The notes under the pieces were generated by a model. That model ran no database searches, was not told where the DNA came from, and saw only the letters and a list, made by a program, of their open reading frames with translations. Below, piece by piece: positions 1-9,321 of a DNA stretch of 64,000 nucleotides; the stretch's first letter is position 1, and each line of letters opens with the position of its first letter. Source of the stretch: Candidatus Rifleibacteriota bacterium. GTDB taxonomy: Bacteria; Muiribacteriota; Ozemobacteria; Ozemobacterales; Ozemobacteraceae. The position numbers were made by a program, and so were the translations under genes. Location: NCBI GenBank assembly GCA_015232575.1, contig JADFZL010000003.1:192001-256000 (forward strand), given 5' to 3'.

Positions 1-1129
1 TTTCAGATACAGGGATCTCCCATGTGGCTTCGAGAGCTGTTTCATGGTCGTCGTGACTGATTCCTGAAAGTTGTTCGAGTTTCATCCAGTGGCTCCCATT
101 TGTGGCCCTTGCGATGCCAAGACCGAGCCGGTCTTTTTTCTTTAATATATTTGTACAATACGCCCCTGCGGTAAGCATTGACTCTACCTGATTTATGTGG
201 GGATTTGCAAATCCCATGCGTATAAATGCGGAAATCCTGCGGTCTGCGTTTCTTTTGCCCTGCCAGAGACGTTTTGAACATATCATGTAGAAACCCTGAT
301 TATTTTTGTTTTTCACAGCATTGCCTGTCGAATCTAATTCGATGAGATCGTCAAATTTTGATGTGTATTTCCAGCCACCGAGGGCAATTTTAAAAAGCGG
401 AGTCTTTTCATCGTCATTTCCGCCTCTGTGAATTCCTGTCTCTGCTGTCATTAGAATTCCGTCTTCTTTTTTCAGAATAATGTGTGTGCCATTGTGATTT
501 TCAGGGTCTCCGGGACAGCCATCGTATATGCCAGTCTGAAAGTAGAAACCATTTTTTCGTTCTTTTTTATAGCGAAGTCCAAGCGATGATACCGGAAATA
601 TTGACGGACCGTTATTCCCTGTCTGGGCAATTTCATAACCCATTCCGAAAGATGAATTAAGAAACAGCCAGCCGACTACTGTACAGTCGAATTCAGAATT
701 CAGATCCTGTAGACCGAATCTGATGTTTCCGCCGTTTTTATCGGTATCTTTTTCCACCCATGCTTCCATAAAAGTATTTTTATCGGGTGAGTCAATATAT
801 GAAATTCCCTGAAGATCGCCTGTGTGATCTGACGGACAGCCGCCTTGCAGAGTAAGATTGTTGATGTAGAATCGGTAATCATTTCCAAATTTTCCGGAAT
901 ATTCAAGTTTGAGCATGGATGGTGTTTCAGTTTTATGATCAATTCCGCCATGTTTGCTGTGAAAAATGTGAGTCATGAATTGACCTGAAAAGCCACCCTT
1001 TTTCTCATCTTCCGGAGATTTCAATGTCTCGACAGATGGCTCTAAAGGCGATGTAGAAGAAGCATTCTGGGAAAAAACAGGCGCTGTCAAAACAATAATT
1101 AAAAAAAATAAATTACAAACAAATCTCAT
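1..1129 (-). CDS. Secreted/outer-membrane porin-like protein (possibly OprB-type), partial; the C-terminus lies beyond the window start
   Basis: ATG at 1129..1127 is followed by a signal-peptide-like N-terminus (MRFVCNLFFLIIVLTAPVFSQ). My manual translation stays open in this frame to position 1. The track's ORFs 42..281 and 700..951 are in other frames. Gly/Tyr/Asn-rich composition is typical of a beta-barrel protein. Confidence 0.4.
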   Translation of the reverse strand, partial: MRFVCNLFFLIIVLTAPVFSQNASSTSPLEPSVETLKSPEDEKKGGFSGQFMTHIFHSKHGGIDHKTETPSMLKLEYSGKFGNDYRFYINNLTLQGGCPSDHTGDLQGISYIDSPDKNTFMEAWVEKDTDKNGGNIRFGLQDLNSEFDCTVVGWLFLNSSFGMGYEIAQTGNNGPSIFPVSSLGLRYKKERKNGFYFQTGIYDGCPGDPENHNGTHIILKKEDGILMTAETGIHRGGNDDEKTPLFKIALGGWKYTSKFDDLIELDSTGNAVKNKNNQGFYMICSKRLWQGKRNADRRISAFIRMGFANPHINQVESMLTAGAYCTNILKKKDRLGLGIARATNGSHWMKLEQLSGISHDDHETALEATWEIPVSE

Positions 1130-1163
1130 AGATCTTCTCCTGATGAAAATATTTTTAAATGAA

Positions 1164-2093
1164 TTAATCCCCGAATTCGGAGGGTTTGATTTTTGATAGA
1201 TAATCGGTCAGCAGACGGTGTTTTCTATTTGCTGATTTTTTTTCTTTCTGATAAAGGCAAAAACAATCTTCTGGCAGTGCCAGTTTTGGAAATATTTCCT
1301 TTAAAAGACCATCATTCAACTCTTTCATTATGCTGTATTTTGGAAGAAGCGCAATTCCGATTCCTTCAACGGCTGCTGTGATCATTCCCCGCACGTGATT
1401 TACAGCAATAATCTGGCTCAGGGTGGGTCTTGATTCATGCGGCAAACTTGAAAGAAAATGTTCCCACCATTTCCCGTCTTTATCGAGAGAAAGAATTGGA
1501 GCAGATTCCAGAAAAGATAAGGTTTTTGATTCTACTGATAACAGAAGTTCAGGGCTGATAACAAGTACATATTTTTCACGGAAAAGCGGTGTTCGCGAGA
1601 TGCCTTTTATTCGATGCTCATTGCAATCAATTATAACATCAAGTTCATCACGAATAAGTGGATTAATCAAATCATGGCTCATGAGAAAATCTATTTCCAT
1701 TCCTGGATTTTTTTCCATAAAAGGTTTTATATGTTTCATAAGGATTGTGCAGCCAAATTCTACATTTGATCCAAGACGTAAATATCCTTTTCCTTTTTCC
1801 TGAAGCATTTTTATGGAATCTGTTGCATCTTCAAGTGAATAGAATGAATTTTCACATGCCTGGTATAGTTGCTTTCCAGCCTCAGTTAGCTTCAGAGACT
1901 TGCCTCTCCTTATAAAAAGCAGAGTGCCCATGAAAGTTTCGATCTTCCTGACCGAATGACTTACAGCAGACTGTGAAATGCAAAGCCGCTCTGCAGCAGA
2001 AGAAAATCCGCCAGTTTGAGCGACTGCAAAAAAAGGCCGCAACGGTGGAATATCAAAAACAGGAGAATTTGAAGTAAGATTCTTTTTCATCAA
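1164..2093 (-). CDS. LysR-family transcriptional regulator
   Basis: N-terminal HTH (LCISQSAVSHSVRKIE) and a LysR substrate-binding-like C-terminus. Confidence 0.8.
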   Translation of the reverse strand: MMKKNLTSNSPVFDIPPLRPFFAVAQTGGFSSAAERLCISQSAVSHSVRKIETFMGTLLFIRRGKSLKLTEAGKQLYQACENSFYSLEDATDSIKMLQEKGKGYLRLGSNVEFGCTILMKHIKPFMEKNPGMEIDFLMSHDLINPLIRDELDVIIDCNEHRIKGISRTPLFREKYVLVISPELLLSVESKTLSFLESAPILSLDKDGKWWEHFLSSLPHESRPTLSQIIAVNHVRGMITAAVEGIGIALLPKYSIMKELNDGLLKEIFPKLALPEDCFCLYQKEKKSANRKHRLLTDYLSKIKPSEFGD

Positions 2094-2278
2094 TATGTTG
2101 AATACACAGAATTAAATAAAGTGAAGAAAATCAGCGGTATTATAACATGCAACCGATTAAATATGAAAAAATGCCGAATAATTTTTCGTCCAAAAAGATT
2201 GATATTCATATTTTAAAAAGGTAAAATAAAAGGAAGATTAGTTTAAATTTTTTGGAAATAAATACAGGAGAGACATTA

Positions 2279-2734
2279 ATGGATATTCAAACTTACAAAA
2301 AGACACTTGAATTAGCTATAAAGAATGAGATTGAAGCAGCTGAATTTTATCAGGGAGTTGCAGAAAAGACGAAAGATTCCAATGTGAAATCTATTTTTTC
2401 AGAATTAGCCGGGGAAGAACGTAAACACCGCACTCAACTTGAAAACTTTCTTAAATCTGGCGAGAAAATTCTGAAAATAAACCCTGTTGAAGACTACAAA
2501 TTTTCAGAAACGCTCGAAAGCCCGAAATTGTCTCTGCAGATGAAACCGGCTGATGCTATTGCTCTGGCGATGAAAAAAGAAGAAGAAGCCATGAATATGT
2601 ACAAGAAGTTTGCAGGTTCATGTGTAGACAAAGAACAGAAAGAAATTTTTGAAAGTCTTTCCCGTATGGAGCAGACCCACAAAACGCGCTTAGAAGGAAT
2701 ATATACTGACATAGCATTCCCGGAAGCCTGGTAA
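2279..2734 (+). CDS. Rubrerythrin-like / ferritin-like diiron domain protein
   Basis: Four-helix ferritin-like pattern with E...ExxH motifs (EERKH, EQTH). Probable start at ATG 2279, 8 nt after AGGAGAG. Confidence 0.6.
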   Translation: MDIQTYKKTLELAIKNEIEAAEFYQGVAEKTKDSNVKSIFSELAGEERKHRTQLENFLKSGEKILKINPVEDYKFSETLESPKLSLQMKPADAIALAMKKEEEAMNMYKKFAGSCVDKEQKEIFESLSRMEQTHKTRLEGIYTDIAFPEAW

Positions 2735-3031
2735 CTCCCCCTTAACCTCATTGCCATGAACTTAAGAATTTTGTCCCATGCTGAAATAATGTTTTGTACT
2801 AACAATCAAAATTAATTCGTGCCTTATTCGGGCTTGATAAATCAAGCCCCTACTGAACCTAGGATGAACGAATTATGCGGAATGCTGAATTCCTAATTAC
2901 GCAAAATCTTAAATGAAGGGGACAAATTTGAGTGTTAACTTTTGGGTGCCTCTCGTCTCGAACGAACGTGATAGATCTCCGTAATTGGGGAATTTCCCCT
3001 TAATTAAAATTTGCAGTAATAAGTTAATGGC

Positions 3032-3090
3032 AACGACCCTTACCTTATTCAAGGCATAACCATGGACAGGGTAAGGGTTGTCGTTTTATG
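3032..3090. terminator. Hairpin AACGACCCTTACC...GGTAAGGGTTGTCGTT followed by TTTTAT
   Basis: 13-bp inverted repeat read directly. The T-run is on the + strand. It overlaps the selD stop codon. Confidence 0.4.
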
Positions 3091-4132
3091 AAACGATGAT
3101 TTTTTTCCCACCAGAATGCAGGACTTTGCCGACTATTGAATTTGTTACTTGTTTTTGGGAAAGCAAGTTGATAAGTAGTGGCAATTCCGATTCAGGAAGG
3201 GAAATCAGCAATCCTCCGGATGTCTGAGGATCGAACAATACATCTATCATATCCAGAGCAATCCCTGGATGAAAATCAATCATTCCCTGGCGGTATTTTT
3301 TATTGCGGTATGCACCGCCAGGTACCATTCCCATCTGTGCATATTCCAGAGCCTCAGGAATTATGGGAAGCGAAGAAGAATCTATTTCGACCGTCACATC
3401 TGAATTTTCAACCATTTCAGCAAGATGCCCCAAAAATCCAAACCCTGTTATATCTGTACATGCATTTGCTGAAACCTGCATCATTGCATGTGATGCTTCT
3501 CTGTTAAGAGTTATCATAATTGTTTCTGCAGTCTTTATTGCTTCGGCAGAAGCCAGATCTGCTTTGAGGGCGGTATTTATGATACCGGTGCCGAGTGGTT
3601 TTGTCAGTACAAGTGAATCACCCGGCTTCATTCCGGAATTTCGAAGAAACTTGTCCGGATGAACAATTCCGGTGACAGAAAGACCGTATTTTATTTCTTT
3701 GTCGGTAATGCTGTGGCCTCCGACAAGTGAAACCTGAGTTTCATTCAGAACGGCCAGACCACCTTTAATGATTTCACGAAGAACGCTCAAATCCAGTCCA
3801 TCAGATGGAAATGCCACTAGATTCATTGCTGTGACAGGTTTGCCGCCCATTGCGTAGACATCGCTTAAAGCATTTGCAGCAGCAATTTTTCCGAAGGTAA
3901 ATGGATCGTCAACAATTGGTGTGAAAAAATCTACCGTTTGTACAAGAGCTATTTCATTTGTAAGCTTAAAGATTCCAGCATCTTCATTGCCTTTGAAGTC
4001 AGCAAGAGTCTGCGGGCTTTTATAATACACAAGTCCGCACAGAGCTTTATCCAGCAACTCTGGATTCAACTTAGCTGCTCAACCGGCAGCGGTAGCCATG
4101 CTTGTAAGTCTAATAATGTTTTTTTCGTTCAT
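3086..4132 (-). CDS. selD: Selenide, water dikinase SelD (selenoprotein; in-frame UGA-Sec at 4081..4079)
   Basis: The track ORF 3086..4069 begins with TTG inside the gene. Manual extension in the same frame gives MNEKNIIRLTSMATAAG-U-AAKLNPELL, where TGA sits at the position of the catalytic Cys/Sec of SelD (E. coli GAGCGCK). ATG at 4132. Confidence 0.85.
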
Positions 4133-4272
4133 TGTATTATCCTTATTATGATATTGTACATCTGATGAAATAAAATAAGTTTGAGAACCCTTACCGCCAA
4201 AAATAATTTAATTGTATATGAATTTCCATTTTAGTTATGCGTGTTTCCGAAAATGATAACATCAATTCAAAC

Positions 4273-4381
4273 GGCCTTGTAACGATTTCATATTCGTTGT
4301 TTTCCAGGGTGCATTACCGTATTTTCTACTTATTCTAACCTTTCGGATATCTCTACCTTCGGTCGAGATGACAATAAATAG
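4273..4381. repeat. Intergenic palindromic repeat (MITE-like family), copy A
   Basis: Shares CCTTGTAACGATTTCA...GTGCATTAC...ATTTTCTAC...ACCTTTCGGA.ATCTCT...GGTCGAGATGACAA.AAATAG with copy B at 5881..6023. Confidence 0.7.
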
Positions 4382-4401
4382 TTCGCCTGGAGGGCGATAA
4401 T

Positions 4402-4638
4402 TTAAACATTCCAGACATGAATTTCTTCGAATTCAACATTGTTATTATTAAAAATTGCTAATGAAGCTTCTTTGTTTTTTGAATCTATGCAAATGGCAAC
4501 TCCGCAATCAGAGCTGAATTCTCTAGGTGTTGGAATAGTTTCGAATGATATGCCAACCGATTTAAGAGCTTTTTCAGCTTTTAATGCAAAATAACTTGAA
4601 TAAAATGTGAAAACAATTTTCACTTTTTGAAAATCCAA
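4402..4638 (-). CDS. DUF3343-family small protein (selenium/sulfur-metabolism associated)
   Basis: 78 aa with a conserved SSDCG motif. Paralogue of 16222..16473. Lies between csd and selD. Confidence 0.6.
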   Translation of the reverse strand: MDFQKVKIVFTFYSSYFALKAEKALKSVGISFETIPTPREFSSDCGVAICIDSKNKEASLAIFNNNNVEFEEIHVWNV

Positions 4639-4699
4639 CTTTCATTTTTTTGCATGTGATTTTACTTTGCTTTTTTAATTTGTGATCTCATGCAAGCAT

Positions 4700-5848
4700 T
4701 CAGGCAAAGATAATCGATTTTAAGGATTCAATAAAGAAAATAATATTTTCTTTCGTTGTGAAAAAGCCTGGGCTTAATCGTACTGTTCCGCCTGGATAGG
4801 TACCTGTAGTTTTGTGTGCCAGTGGAGAACAATGAAGACCAGTTCTCGTCATAATCGAAAATTCTTTATCTAGTTTATGTCCGATTGTTGAAGAATTGAT
4901 TCCGACAACATTAAAGGAAATTGTACCAGTTCTGTCAGCGGAATTATCTGGTCCGTATACTTTTACTTCTTTGATTTCAGAAAGCATATCCAAAGTTAAT
5001 TTTGCAAGAGAAATTTCATGTTCATGGATATTTTCAATGCCGATTTCGTTAATAAAATTTACTCCGGCAGCAAGACCAGCGATTCCCGGGGTATTTGGAG
5101 TTCCACTTTCGAGACTGTCAGGAAGAAACTCAGGTTGAACTTCAAGTTCAGAATTGCTTCCCGTTCCGCCTTGTAAAAGAGATTCTAATTGTATGTTTTT
5201 TCCAATACAGATTCCGCCGATACCCTGTGGGCCAAGCATTGATTTGTGACCTGTAAACGTAAGAATGTCGATAAAATCTTTTTCTATATGAATCGGAATT
5301 AGTCCGGCAGTTTGAGCTGAATCAACCATGAAAGTGATATTTTTTTTTCTGCAGAAAGCGCCAATCATCTTCAGAGGTTGTAATGCTCCGGTAACATTCG
5401 AGGCGTGTGAAACGACGAGAAGCTTTGTTTTTTCAGAAATTTCATTCAAAAAAGATTCATCAGAAAGAATTCCGAATTTATTTGCCTTGAGAACGTTGAT
5501 TTTGATTCCGATTTTTTGCTCAAGATTTCTGAGCGGACGCATGACCGAATTATGTTCAAGTCCTGATACTGAAACGCTATCGCCTGCATTCAACAATCCT
5601 TTTAAGGCAATATTTATTGCGTGCGTAGCATTTGAAGTAAAAACAAGACGCTGCGAATCTGATAATCCGAAAAATGAAGCCAGTTGCTCTCTTGCATTAA
5701 AAATAAGTCTTGCTGCATCAAGCGACATGGCGTGTCCTGACCGACCCGGGTTCCCACCGGTTTGTTGCATGCACCTGCACACAGCATCAATTACAGCTGG
5801 AGGTTTCGGCCAGGACGTAGCGGAATTATCAAGATAAACTAAGTTCAT
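4700..5848 (-). CDS. Class V aminotransferase: cysteine desulfurase / selenocysteine lyase family
   Basis: PLP-enzyme motifs (TGHKSMLGPQGIGG). Resembles the cysteine-desulfurase family commonly adjacent to selD. Likely start ATG 5848 (MNLVYLDNSATS); the track starts at TTG 5878. Confidence 0.75.
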   Translation of the reverse strand: MNLVYLDNSATSWPKPPAVIDAVCRCMQQTGGNPGRSGHAMSLDAARLIFNAREQLASFFGLSDSQRLVFTSNATHAINIALKGLLNAGDSVSVSGLEHNSVMRPLRNLEQKIGIKINVLKANKFGILSDESFLNEISEKTKLLVVSHASNVTGALQPLKMIGAFCRKKNITFMVDSAQTAGLIPIHIEKDFIDILTFTGHKSMLGPQGIGGICIGKNIQLESLLQGGTGSNSELEVQPEFLPDSLESGTPNTPGIAGLAAGVNFINEIGIENIHEHEISLAKLTLDMLSEIKEVKVYGPDNSADRTGTISFNVVGINSSTIGHKLDKEFSIMTRTGLHCSPLAHKTTGTYPGGTVRLSPGFFTTKENIIFFIESLKSIIFA

Positions 5849-5880
5849 TGTATAGGAATTTTCATAATATGAATTCAACC

Positions 5881-6023
5881 CCTTGTAACGATTTCAGATT
5901 CATTGTCTTCCAGAGTGCATTACTGCATTTTGCTGTCATTTCGACCGAAGGGAGAAATCTCGTATTTTCTACCTGATCTGACCTTTCGGAGATATCTCTC
6001 TTTGGTCGAGATGACAAAAATAG
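5881..6023. repeat. Intergenic palindromic repeat (MITE-like family), copy B (full length with TIRs TGTCATTTCGACCGAAGG / CTTTGGTCGAGATGACA)
   Basis: Terminal inverted repeats and internal palindromes read directly. Matches copies A, C and D. Confidence 0.7.
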
Positions 6024-6044
6024 TCCGCTAGAATGGCGTTAATT

Positions 6045-6263
6045 TCACTGATTTTTCAGGAGAAGTTTGAAAGTGTCGTCTGATGAATCAAGCATTTCAA
6101 CTTTCCAACCTTCTTTATTGGACATTCTGGAAACATTCTCAACGGCTGCTTCTGAATCAACAATTACTTCAATTTCGCCCGTTTTCATTTCTCTGATTTT
6201 TTTCAGGGTTATGAGTACTGGTTGTGGGCAGGAAAGCCCTCTGGCATCAATTAATTCAGGCAT
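6045..6263 (-). CDS. yedF: TusA-like sulfur/selenium carrier YedF (short form, CPxP motif)
   Basis: GLSCPQP motif. 72 aa. Adjacent to yedE. Confidence 0.75.
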   Translation of the reverse strand: MPELIDARGLSCPQPVLITLKKIREMKTGEIEVIVDSEAAVENVSRMSNKEGWKVEMLDSSDDTFKLLLKNQ

Positions 6264-7359
6264 TTTTTCCTCCTGTAGATTTTTCTCTCATGAATAACCC
6301 GATAATAAGACAGAATACAAGACCTGCAATAACTGCAGTGGAGCCATTCTTTCCCAAACCATCGGGTGAACTTGCAAGCATGAAGTTATGAGAAAACGCT
6401 GCACCAGTAATCAATCCAAATGAAAATACTGCCGCATCGCCGTCACCTTCACCTGACAGAAACAACTGTCTTCCGGGACATCCACCTGCAAGGCAGAACG
6501 CAAATCCGGAAAGAACCATTCCAAGAAAGTTCCACAAAGAATCGACGTGGGCAATTGGCTGTCCAGACATTCCCGGGTTAAACTTTCCAATCACAAGATT
6601 GAATATGAAAGCAGCAGCTACTAATGACAATATTCCAGAAAATAGGTGGAACTGTTTGAACAAAATTAAATCTCTTATGGCACCCACTGTACAAAATCTG
6701 CTTCTCTGTGCAAGAAAGCCAATCAGCAAGCCAGCTGCAATTGAAAAATATAACGGCGCATGCATTGAGCCGGGTCCTTTAAGACTGTAAAAGATAAAAC
6801 CGCTGCTTTCTTTATCTGCAATTTGAGGATTCATGAAAAGTGCTGCCAGCAAAAGAACCATAAGACCAGGCATTATCAACCCTGTCGGAAAAGACGTTTT
6901 TTCTGATCTTCCAAGTGTGTATCCGCTTCTCAAAAATAAAGTGCCTGCAAAGACGCCGGTAAAGAGTCCGAGGAAACCAATAACAGCGTTAAGATCACCT
7001 GCCGATATTCGCAGAAGAGCTCGCCATGGGCAGCCTAAAAATACAAGTGCTCCGATCATCGCGAAAACTCCAAGCATGAATCGAACCAAAGGGCTTGAGC
7101 CGCCTCTCGGCTTGAATTCAGAAAACAAAAGTGCCGAAAGAAAAGATCCCAGTACAAAACCTGGTATTTCAGGCCTTATGTATTGTACAAGGGCAGCCTT
7201 GTGCAATCCAAGCGCACCGGTTACGTCCCGTAGAAAGCATGCAACGCAGACACCCATGTTTCCAGGGTTTCCCATTTTCTGAAGAAAAACCGCTGTTAAT
7301 CCAATAATAGCACCAACAACGATAATTCCAGTACTCGACGAAAAAAAATTCTTCTTCAA
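6256..7359 (-). CDS. yedE: YedE/YeeE-family membrane protein (putative selenium compound transporter)
   Basis: Polytopic membrane protein with the duplicated YedE-type repeat. Located between selB and yedF. Confidence 0.75.
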   Translation of the reverse strand: MKKNFFSSSTGIIVVGAIIGLTAVFLQKMGNPGNMGVCVACFLRDVTGALGLHKAALVQYIRPEIPGFVLGSFLSALLFSEFKPRGGSSPLVRFMLGVFAMIGALVFLGCPWRALLRISAGDLNAVIGFLGLFTGVFAGTLFLRSGYTLGRSEKTSFPTGLIMPGLMVLLLAALFMNPQIADKESSGFIFYSLKGPGSMHAPLYFSIAAGLLIGFLAQRSRFCTVGAIRDLILFKQFHLFSGILSLVAAAFIFNLVIGKFNPGMSGQPIAHVDSLWNFLGMVLSGFAFCLAGGCPGRQLFLSGEGDGDAAVFSFGLITGAAFSHNFMLASSPDGLGKNGSTAVIAGLVFCLIIGLFMREKSTGGKNA

Positions 7360-7362
7360 CTT

Positions 7363-9321
7363 CTATTCCTCCTGTTTTGGTTTGTTGATATTCGTTTTCA
7401 AAAACCTGAAATCGCCGTCTCTTCTGGTCAAACCTTCAGCATCAAAGTGTGCAAGCAGCAGCAGAGAAATCTTTCTATTTCCATTAACTAAATCTCTGAA
7501 ATCACTGACTTTTATGCCTTCTTTTTGTCCAGAAAGCTTTTCAATCAGTTTATTTCTGCAAGCACTAACAACCGAGGAATGAACATAACTGTCTTCGATT
7601 TTAATTATTTTTCCGGAAGAGACAAAGTGATGAAGTATTGCTTTCAGTTCTTTTTCAGCAATATTTTCTTTGTCAGCCAGAGATTGTATTTGGCTTGAGA
7701 GCGGGGTTTGCATTCCGCATTCCAGGAAGTAATTTTCCATCACCCGAACATTTTTTGCTGTTTTTGGATCAACCTTTCCTGTGTCATCAGCTGCAAACCA
7801 TGTTTTTGAAGATTCACGAAGTTTTTCTTTTTCAACAAGACCATTTAATATAGCCAGAAGGATCTCATCTGAAGATGATTTCTTTTCGAGCTTTAGTGTA
7901 CTTCTTATTTCATCAATGTTAATTCCTTTTTCAGAAAGCGGATTTCTCTTTCTGAAATCTTTAACTGCGGTTAAAATTCCGTTTCTGATATTTTCAAGAC
8001 ATATCTGTGAAACCAGCACCGGAGAGTCTTTTGTGTCGTATCGTACAATTCCTCTTAAAATTCTACTGTCTACTAACCTTAAAATACTATCAATGGAAAT
8101 ATTCAGCTTTTCTGCAATTTCCCTTACCATCATGGGCTTAAGTGATTTTCTTACTTCAAGTGATATAAGTTCAGAAAGTTTATTTTTTGCAACGAGTTCA
8201 AGTTCATTAATTAGTTTTTCAGGTCTTCGCCTGTGATGAAGCGGGGCAGCATCAATTATTTCTCCGCCGCCAATGGTTAAATCACAGGACGAATTTCGTA
8301 TTACAAATTTATCTCCATGTTGAAGGTAGATCGGCGTTTCAAAATGAATTTGTACAAGTGCAGATTCGCCGGTAGTAATTCTATTTTTGTTTATCAGGTG
8401 AATTTTTACCTGATGTTCGTAAGTACCGGTGTGAAAAATTACCTTTGACCAGATTCCAAGTTCACACTTTTTGGCGTACACATTTAATTTCGCATCTGCA
8501 ATGAGCGCATTTTTCAGTATTCTGTCTGATATTATCAGTCCGCGAGAAAATTCAGCTTTTTCAAGTCCGACAAGATTTATTGAAGCTCTGTCGCCAGCTT
8601 GAACTGCATGAACTTCCTCGCCATGTCTTTCCATTCTTCTGACTCTGAGTTCGCGCGGATTCTGGGACAAAAGAAATACATTGTTTTCCTTTTCAATTTT
8701 TCCGCCGATTACTGTTCCGGTTACAATTGTTCCGAAACCGCTTTTGCTGAATATCCGGTCAATGTACATGCGGAAAATGCCCTCAGGTGAACGGCTTTCG
8801 GAAGCTGAATAAATTTTCTGGATGGTATCTTTAAGTTCTGCAATTCCCTGACCGGTTTTTGCAGAGACTTTAATAATGGGGGAATCTTTCAGGAAAGAGT
8901 TACTAAGTAAATCAATAACATCAATTTCGCAGAGTTCAAGGAGTTCGTCATCTACCAGATCTGATTTGGTAAGTAAAACAATGCCTTTTTTTATTCCTAG
9001 GATTTCCATGATCTGGAGGTGTTCGATGGTCTGAGGCATTACGCTGCTGTCGGCAGCTATGACAAGTAGAACAAAGTCAATACCTGCTGCACCGCTGACC
9101 ATTGTATGGATAAAATCACGGTGCCCTGGTACATCAATGATTCCGATTTTTCCGTCATCGGGCATTGGAAGGCTTGCAAAGCCAAGGTGAATGGTGATTC
9201 CGCGCTCTTTTTCTTCTTTGTGCGTATCGCACTCAATGCCAGTGAGAGCCTTGATTAATGCTGTTTTTCCATGATCGACGTGACCCGCCGTTCCCATAAT
9301 GAGGTGTTTCACGTCCGCCAC
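7363..9321 (-). CDS. selB: Selenocysteine-specific elongation factor SelB
   Basis: GTPase motifs (GHVDHGKT, DVPGH, TKSD) plus a long C-terminal winged-helix extension. 652 aa. Confidence 0.9.
   Translation of the reverse strand: MADVKHLIMGTAGHVDHGKTALIKALTGIECDTHKEEKERGITIHLGFASLPMPDDGKIGIIDVPGHRDFIHTMVSGAAGIDFVLLVIAADSSVMPQTIEHLQIMEILGIKKGIVLLTKSDLVDDELLELCEIDVIDLLSNSFLKDSPIIKVSAKTGQGIAELKDTIQKIYSASESRSPEGIFRMYIDRIFSKSGFGTIVTGTVIGGKIEKENNVFLLSQNPRELRVRRMERHGEEVHAVQAGDRASINLVGLEKAEFSRGLIISDRILKNALIADAKLNVYAKKCELGIWSKVIFHTGTYEHQVKIHLINKNRITTGESALVQIHFETPIYLQHGDKFVIRNSSCDLTIGGGEIIDAAPLHHRRRPEKLINELELVAKNKLSELISLEVRKSLKPMMVREIAEKLNISIDSILRLVDSRILRGIVRYDTKDSPVLVSQICLENIRNGILTAVKDFRKRNPLSEKGINIDEIRSTLKLEKKSSSDEILLAILNGLVEKEKLRESSKTWFAADDTGKVDPKTAKNVRVMENYFLECGMQTPLSSQIQSLADKENIAEKELKAILHHFVSSGKIIKIEDSYVHSSVVSACRNKLIEKLSGQKEGIKVSDFRDLVNGNRKISLLLLAHFDAEGLTRRDGDFRFLKTNINKPKQEE

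Noticed and set aside
42-951. Track ORFs 42..281 (-) and 700..951 (-) as genes
   Set aside because: They lie in frames different from a much longer signal-peptide-bearing ORF (start 1129, minus strand) that stays open to the window edge. The track omits it because it has no in-window stop. The two short ORFs are frame artefacts.
3086-4069. SelD annotated as starting at 4069 (track ORF), which would lack the catalytic N-terminus
   Set aside because: The 'M' at 4069 is an internal TTG. The frame continues upstream through a TGA (Sec) to ATG 4132 and encodes the conserved SelD N-terminal motif.
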